A stretch of 64,000 nucleotides of DNA from a virus. Shown piece after piece: positions 58,967 through 64,000 of the stretch. The notes below the pieces were generated by a model that had not been told where the DNA came from, did no database searches, and worked only from the letters and a program-made list of their open reading frames with translations. The translations under genes and the position numbers were made by a program. Position 1 is the first letter of the stretch. Every line of letters starts with the position of its first letter. The stretch lies in the IMG/VR virus record IMGVR_UViG_3300026519_000001, positions 1-64,000 of that record; one strand, 5' to 3'.

Positions 58967-59773
58967 TTATATTATTGAAAACGTTAAAGGATTACCAGCA
59001 CTACCTGTTCCTGCAGTATTGTCATAGGTTGTTCTCCATACAGTATATTGCTCAGTGTACCCTTCCGAATTAGTTATGTCTAATGTTTTCACCTGTACAA
59101 AACCACCTGGACTAGGATTACCACTATCCTGAAAATTATTCACTATAAATGGAGAATTAGAAGGTGCTGCAAATATTTGATATTCATTAACTCCTGAATT
59201 CGTATATGGAATTGGATTAGCACCCTTTGCATTAACAGCCAAAGTGGAACTTAATAATTTTATATCTGCTTCACTAGGGTCGTAACTTCCAGTATCAGTA
59301 ATTGTTACATTACCTATATATAAAAAATTACCAAACAATATAGAAGTACTAGATTGTACTGGGATATTAATATCATTTATATCATCATCTGCAATCAATG
59401 TGATTGTTAAATTATCGGTTATATTTTGTAAACCTACATTTAGCTGGTATACCAATTGACTAGTAGTAACAGGGGGTGGAACAAGTCCATTATCTAAAGA
59501 ATGCTCTGCAACAGGTATATTGTATTCCCAATTTAAAATATAGTCTGTAATTACAGCTCCCTTAATTTGTAAAGGTATATTAGTTATAAAAGACTGTATT
59601 GTTAATGGTGCATAAGGAGTATAGCTTACGTAATAAGTAATATCATTTACAGCCTCAACTGTATTTACAACTATATTAACATCTCCACTTGCAACAATGA
59701 CTTTTTTTTCAGGTATTAAAGAAGGGATGTTAAATATACTATCATTACATGAATCACAATTAGTATTAGCCAT
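58967..59773 (-). CDS. Structural protein
   Basis: Beta-rich; in the tail block. Confidence 0.55.
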   Translation of the reverse strand: MANTNCDSCNDSIFNIPSLIPEKKVIVASGDVNIVVNTVEAVNDITYYVSYTPYAPLTIQSFITNIPLQIKGAVITDYILNWEYNIPVAEHSLDNGLVPPPVTTSQLVYQLNVGLQNITDNLTITLIADDDINDINIPVQSSTSILFGNFLYIGNVTITDTGSYDPSEADIKLLSSTLAVNAKGANPIPYTNSGVNEYQIFAAPSNSPFIVNNFQDSGNPSPGGFVQVKTLDITNSEGYTEQYTVWRTTYDNTAGTGSAGNPLTFSII

Positions 59774-60456
59774 TATGTTTTAAATTGTTTAGTCAATCTC
59801 TCAATCATTCTTTGAGCTTCTCTTGGAGCAATGCTAAATTGAGATAAAGATGATCTAATACCATGGTCTAAATGTTGAATAACTTTCAACTCTTCATCAC
59901 AACCACATTCAACACATTGCTTACATTCAAAATAATCCTTTGTTAGTTCATTCTTTTTAATCCTTAATTTAGTAGCTAATAATTCTTTCACCTGAACTAA
60001 TTCATAAATATTACTATCAGATAATACAGAAACATCAAATACTGGTTGTAATATTAAACTTGTGTCATACTGTCTCAAATCAGAAGTTGGTATATTATAT
60101 ACAATTAGATTTTCAACAGGCGCAGGCACATTAGGAGATGTTGTTGTATTAACAAGAGTATAAATATAAGTATACCACCCATCAAGATTATAAGCTACCG
60201 CAAATGAACTCTCCTCTGTATTAGGGAAAGTATTATTATAATCAATATCAGTTGAAAGAGATGTTAATAATTGAGAATCACCTTCATAAGGTTGATAATA
60301 AACCTGTAATACACCAGCTAAATCTAATCTTTCAGTATTAGGAGCGCCATAGCCAGCCTCATTAAAATTTAAAACATACGCACCTGTATTATCTTTTATT
60401 GTAATAGATGATGCATCTGCTTCGTATGTTATACAAAGTTTTGGTGTTATAGGCAT
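59773..60456 (-). CDS. Structural protein (tail hub-like)
   Basis: DNTGAY...GYG, DGWY and C-terminal Cys cluster; position. Confidence 0.55.
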   Translation of the reverse strand: MPITPKLCITYEADASSITIKDNTGAYVLNFNEAGYGAPNTERLDLAGVLQVYYQPYEGDSQLLTSLSTDIDYNNTFPNTEESSFAVAYNLDGWYTYIYTLVNTTTSPNVPAPVENLIVYNIPTSDLRQYDTSLILQPVFDVSVLSDSNIYELVQVKELLATKLRIKKNELTKDYFECKQCVECGCDEELKVIQHLDHGIRSSLSQFSIAPREAQRMIERLTKQFKT

Positions 60457-60482
60457 AATATAAAAATTTTTGTAAAAATAAC

Positions 60483-60517
60483 AAAGGGTAGTGATAATTC
60501 CTTATCCACTACCCTTT
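60483..60517 (-). terminator. Intrinsic terminator
   Basis: AAAGGGTAGTG / CACTACCCTTT stem, T-rich downstream on the minus strand. Confidence 0.6.
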
Positions 60518-60551
60518 ATTTTATCATTAGATTAAATTATATTAATATAAT

Positions 60552-61508
60552 TTATACCAAATCAGGAATTGTTTGCGTAATAACAGCTTCTAATTTATTT
60601 ATAATTGCATTAATTGCAATAACACTAGCACTCATTGGACAAGCAATTGTAACTTCTTTTCTAGAAGTTGAAACATTGAAGTCTGTATCATGCTTAGAAA
60701 TAGCTTTCAATTCAATTAACCCATATTCCTCTGATCCAATTGCATTGGTTTTTGTGTCAACACCCCAGTTGTATGGAAAATGTTGGTAACCAAATCCGTC
60801 ACCTCTATTACCTCTATAGAAATATTCCATTAAGGCAACTTGTTTGCCTGTTCCAACACCAGGAGAACCACCTGCCGTAGTTACAATATCTGCCATAGAA
60901 AGCCCTGAAGAATCTTCATCCACAAAAACATCAAATGGAATTTGTCTTCCTTCATTTTTTCCTAAAGAATATGGCTGGTCTTTTTCAGTTATAATAAGTG
61001 TAGTTGTACCAGTGAATGTAAATGCAGTGTTTGTAGAAGCGGTTGAGCCTTCTTCCCTAGAAAAGTTTTTATTTAGACTAGTTATTAATCCACTAACAAC
61101 GTTTGCAGCAGTATCTCCTGTTTGTACAACATACTGTGCATGTTTAGTATAATAGTTTTCAGCAGATAATGAACCGAAATTCAATATTCTAAGATTTAAT
61201 ACATACTCTTGACCAACAGTAAGATTCGTTGGTGTAACTGTAATTGATCTTAATACTGGGGCTTCATACCCTTTTGCAAAAGCAGTTTGTACGTCTTCTG
61301 ATTTATAAGTATCAGATACAACTGTTTTACCATTTACTTTCATTGCCAATAAGAATCCCCCTACTTTAGATGTGCCATCAGATCCATCTGCATTAAAAAT
61401 TCCTATTTCCCCATCCGAAGCCGATGCTTCAAATGCATTCAATGTAGTTTCAGCTGCTAAAGCATCTACTACAAAGATTTCTCTCATTGCGTTTTGTGAC
61501 TGCGCCAT
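60552..61508 (-). CDS. Auxiliary capsid protein-like
   Basis: GTGKQVALMEYFYRGNRGD motif; crAss capsid block order. Confidence 0.65.
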   Translation of the reverse strand: MAQSQNAMREIFVVDALAAETTLNAFEASASDGEIGIFNADGSDGTSKVGGFLLAMKVNGKTVVSDTYKSEDVQTAFAKGYEAPVLRSITVTPTNLTVGQEYVLNLRILNFGSLSAENYYTKHAQYVVQTGDTAANVVSGLITSLNKNFSREEGSTASTNTAFTFTGTTTLIITEKDQPYSLGKNEGRQIPFDVFVDEDSSGLSMADIVTTAGGSPGVGTGKQVALMEYFYRGNRGDGFGYQHFPYNWGVDTKTNAIGSEEYGLIELKAISKHDTDFNVSTSRKEVTIACPMSASVIAINAIINKLEAVITQTIPDLV

Positions 61509-61532
61509 AATTTATTATTAATTTTAAGTTAC

Positions 61533-62318
61533 TTATTCATTTCTTGAAGACATAATCAAGCTTGTTTGCAAACTTGCAACCTCAAAAGACTCTTTAGCTA
61601 ATTCAACTGCCCTATCAACAATTTGCCTGTGAACTAAAGAACTTAATTTACAATCCGTTTCGTCTGTAATGCCATCAATGCTAAGCCCCATTCCAGTAAA
61701 ATCTCCCGATGTTAAATCAGTTAATATTATAGGAGTAGGCTTTTCTATGTATCTCATTTGATAATTAATCAATGAAAAACCAACTGGCGTAACAATCTCT
61801 ACCGAATCAGTAAATGTACCCAAAGAGTTATCAACTCTCCATACTCTTTTTGAAACACCATCAATATTAGGTTTTCTAAAAGGATTCTCTTCCTGCAGCA
61901 TAATCTCATCATGAGTAACAGGAATAGTTTTTATTGTATTATATAAAATGTCATTATTATCTTTTAAATATGATGACTCTTGTATAACAAAAAATACATT
62001 ACCAGGTATTTTGACAAAATAATTATTGAAATTCTCAAGAGGTATTCCTGATAAATCAGGAACATCCTCTATTAATGAATTTTCATTATTAGTATAATAA
62101 TTTTTAATTAATTTTTCTAAACCCCTTCTTCTTTTTTCCGAGTTTTCAAACCCATCGTTTCTAATATTAGATTTAGGGTCAAAGTAATTAAAAACTAATT
62201 GCTCTTGAGCTTTACTAAGAAATACTGATTGTTCATATAAATCTAATCCAGGAGCACCATTACTCCTAATATTATTATATGCAATATCAAATTCATTTAT
62301 AAACTCAAGTACATTCAT
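61533..62318 (-). CDS. Ring/head-tail connector protein
   Basis: EFDIAYNNI.SN.APGLD.YE.SVFL.KAQ, GFE.SEKRR and H..IV.RAV motifs. Confidence 0.75.
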   Translation of the reverse strand: MNVLEFINEFDIAYNNIRSNGAPGLDLYEQSVFLSKAQEQLVFNYFDPKSNIRNDGFENSEKRRRGLEKLIKNYYTNNENSLIEDVPDLSGIPLENFNNYFVKIPGNVFFVIQESSYLKDNNDILYNTIKTIPVTHDEIMLQEENPFRKPNIDGVSKRVWRVDNSLGTFTDSVEIVTPVGFSLINYQMRYIEKPTPIILTDLTSGDFTGMGLSIDGITDETDCKLSSLVHRQIVDRAVELAKESFEVASLQTSLIMSSRNE

Positions 62319-63184
62319 TAACTATCTAATTTTGCTTTCAATGTCAATTTAAAATCTTGGTGTGCTTCATTTTCAATAAACTCACACGCGTCTCTTAAAG
62401 AACTTGCAAAAGAAGTAGGCTCACCTTTAATATGATATTTACCAGATACCTTAGTAATCAATCCTTTATTGTGACATTTTGACACTAAAAGTTTTGCTTC
62501 AAATAATGGATCTTTAGCAACCTCTATAAATAATGCTTTGTCTTCTTCAACCACTTCTGATAATTGATTACTTAAAAATTCAATATCATTTTCAGATTCC
62601 GATAAATTTTTAAACCTAGAGTATTTTGGATATGATTCTCCATACACACGTAAAAAATCCACTATTTTACCCTTATCATTAGCTATTGCACCAAAGGCTC
62701 TCCAAGCATCTATATTAATTTTACCTTTTTGTGTTTTAATTGCACTAACCTCTTTTGGTCTTTCAATATAAAACTTATAAGTTGCTCTATCTCGTACATT
62801 ATTGATAGATGGAGCGACTAAATCTTTATTGTGCATTAATATTTTATACTCAATATAATCATTTGGATCGGATAAATCCAACCTCTTAGTGTCTTTGGTT
62901 AACGTTACAGTTTTAGATTCCCAAAAATTATCATTCTTTTTATAAACAGATAATTCATCATTTTTCATGTGCAATAAAGATTCCAAGGTAAGCTTCTCTT
63001 CTTTTGTAAGAATATTAGTAATACCTCCTGTTCTTTTTAACGGAGCCATGATTCTAAATGATGTTCCCTCCATAAGGAAAAAAGCCCTATGATTCTTATT
63101 TTTAATCCAGCCAGGATTATTGTAATTTGGCTTTACAAATACTATTTCATCAGGTAATTCAAAAGCCTTTTCATTTTTCTCCAT
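62318..63184 (-). CDS. Conserved crAss-like protein downstream of the major capsid gene
   Basis: NFW...LDLSDPNDYIEYKIL...VAPS motif; position. Confidence 0.7.
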   Translation of the reverse strand: MEKNEKAFELPDEIVFVKPNYNNPGWIKNKNHRAFFLMEGTSFRIMAPLKRTGGITNILTKEEKLTLESLLHMKNDELSVYKKNDNFWESKTVTLTKDTKRLDLSDPNDYIEYKILMHNKDLVAPSINNVRDRATYKFYIERPKEVSAIKTQKGKINIDAWRAFGAIANDKGKIVDFLRVYGESYPKYSRFKNLSESENDIEFLSNQLSEVVEEDKALFIEVAKDPLFEAKLLVSKCHNKGLITKVSGKYHIKGEPTSFASSLRDACEFIENEAHQDFKLTLKAKLDS

Positions 63185-63257
63185 AATAATCTTCTTTTAT
63201 TTCTTCTCTATACACTTTAGAACGTGTCGAGTAATAAGTGTAATTACTCTTTTGTTA

Positions 63258-63283
63258 ATAAAGAGGCAATTAAACCTCTTTAT
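63258..63283 (-). terminator. Hairpin or terminator after the major capsid gene
   Basis: ATAAAGAGG / CCTCTTTAT stem. Confidence 0.5.
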
Positions 63284-63291
63284 CAATATTT

Positions 63292-64000
63292 TTAGACATC
63301 TAATATGTCTGGTATTAAACTTGCAGTTCTAGAAGGGTCTCTTACGATTGCCCCTATTCCCATTGAAGCTCTATGATAAACAGAACCATCAACAGCATTA
63401 CTCATTAATTCAGTAGAAGGTGCTCCTGTAAAAGGGTTTCTTAAACCAGCTTCCCAGCCTCTAATATCACAAGTTCCTGTAACTTCTGCTTTTTGAATGT
63501 TAGGTTCGCCATCAATAGTGCCAATATCTAATATGTCATATCTGTAAGATTCAGCTACCCCACCATTTGGATGTAACAATTTGTTTCTTACTTTATCATC
63601 ATACATAGAATCAACTTCTATAGTTACCTTGATATTGTTAGGTGCAAGATATTCTGTGAATTGGAAGCCAGCACTATAAGCATTTGAATGCAATTGGCTA
63701 GATACCTTTTGAATAGAGCTTGTATTTGTATTATCAAATCCAACAGCGGCAGCAACAGATTGCCATCCTGAACCATCCAAAGAGATAGCTTCATGAAATT
63801 GAGTTGCCCCTCTTTCACCAGTTCTAAGAACAAAATGCCTTTCATCCATAGATAATTTGCCTTCTGATAATTCTGTTAACATATTAGTTAACATCTTTAA
63901 AGAAAACTTATTATAAAATAATGTATTTGATACTTGCATTTGTTCTCTAATACCAGAACCTTGTTTAATAACATTTCCAGACTTACCAATATTATGATAA
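63292..64000 (-). CDS. Major capsid protein, crAss-like (C-terminal part; start is outside the window)
   Basis: Frame open to the window edge (GKSGNVIKQGSGIREQ); TGERGA.QF, GFQFTEY and HPNGGVAESYRYDI motifs. Confidence 0.88.
   Translation of the reverse strand, partial: YHNIGKSGNVIKQGSGIREQMQVSNTLFYNKFSLKMLTNMLTELSEGKLSMDERHFVLRTGERGATQFHEAISLDGSGWQSVAAAVGFDNTNTSSIQKVSSQLHSNAYSAGFQFTEYLAPNNIKVTIEVDSMYDDKVRNKLLHPNGGVAESYRYDILDIGTIDGEPNIQKAEVTGTCDIRGWEAGLRNPFTGAPSTELMSNAVDGSVYHRASMGIGAIVRDPSRTASLIPDILDV

Noticed and set aside
183-63845. Short antisense or alternate-frame ORFs overlapping long genes (e.g. 183-494, 1857-2183, 9117-9341, 37449-37772, 55322-55633, 60844-61152)
   Set aside because: They are shadow ORFs of well-supported genes and have no motifs.
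1-64000. Genome-wide stop-codon reassignment, as in some Crassvirales
   Set aside because: Genes up to 6.4 kb are open in the standard code, and TAG and TGA end many tightly packed genes.

Overview
This AT-rich window looks like about 64 kb of a crAss-like phage (Crassvirales) with a Bacteroidota host, read in the standard genetic code. The plus strand (1-19.1 kb) carries replication and nucleic-acid genes: a probable SSB, primase, N6-adenine methyltransferase, Holliday junction resolvase, PD-(D/E)XK exonuclease, dNTP diphosphohydrolase-like protein, RNA ligase and ParB-like protein, plus many small ORFs. The minus strand (19.1-64 kb) carries the virion block: major capsid (partial), ring/tail proteins, tail fibres, a lysis cassette, muzzle, cargo proteins and a 2147-aa virion RNA polymerase (DFDID). 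The main discovery is an integron-like gene-cassette array at about 2.95-11.47 kb. At least 13 units start with GTT-N and end with the complementary N-AAC. They are separated by hairpin sites (AAC, left arm, A-rich loop, right arm, GTT) with sequence-variable arms but fixed geometry: G.T wobbles at +12 and +17, a 2-nt asymmetric internal loop, and lengths clustered near 80 and 117 nt. Unlike classical attC sites, the coding strand folds best, some loops contain whole genes, some cassettes are empty, and three ORFs read in frame across the GTT junction. No recombinase gene is present in the window. All assignments come from motif recognition by eye; no database searches were run.
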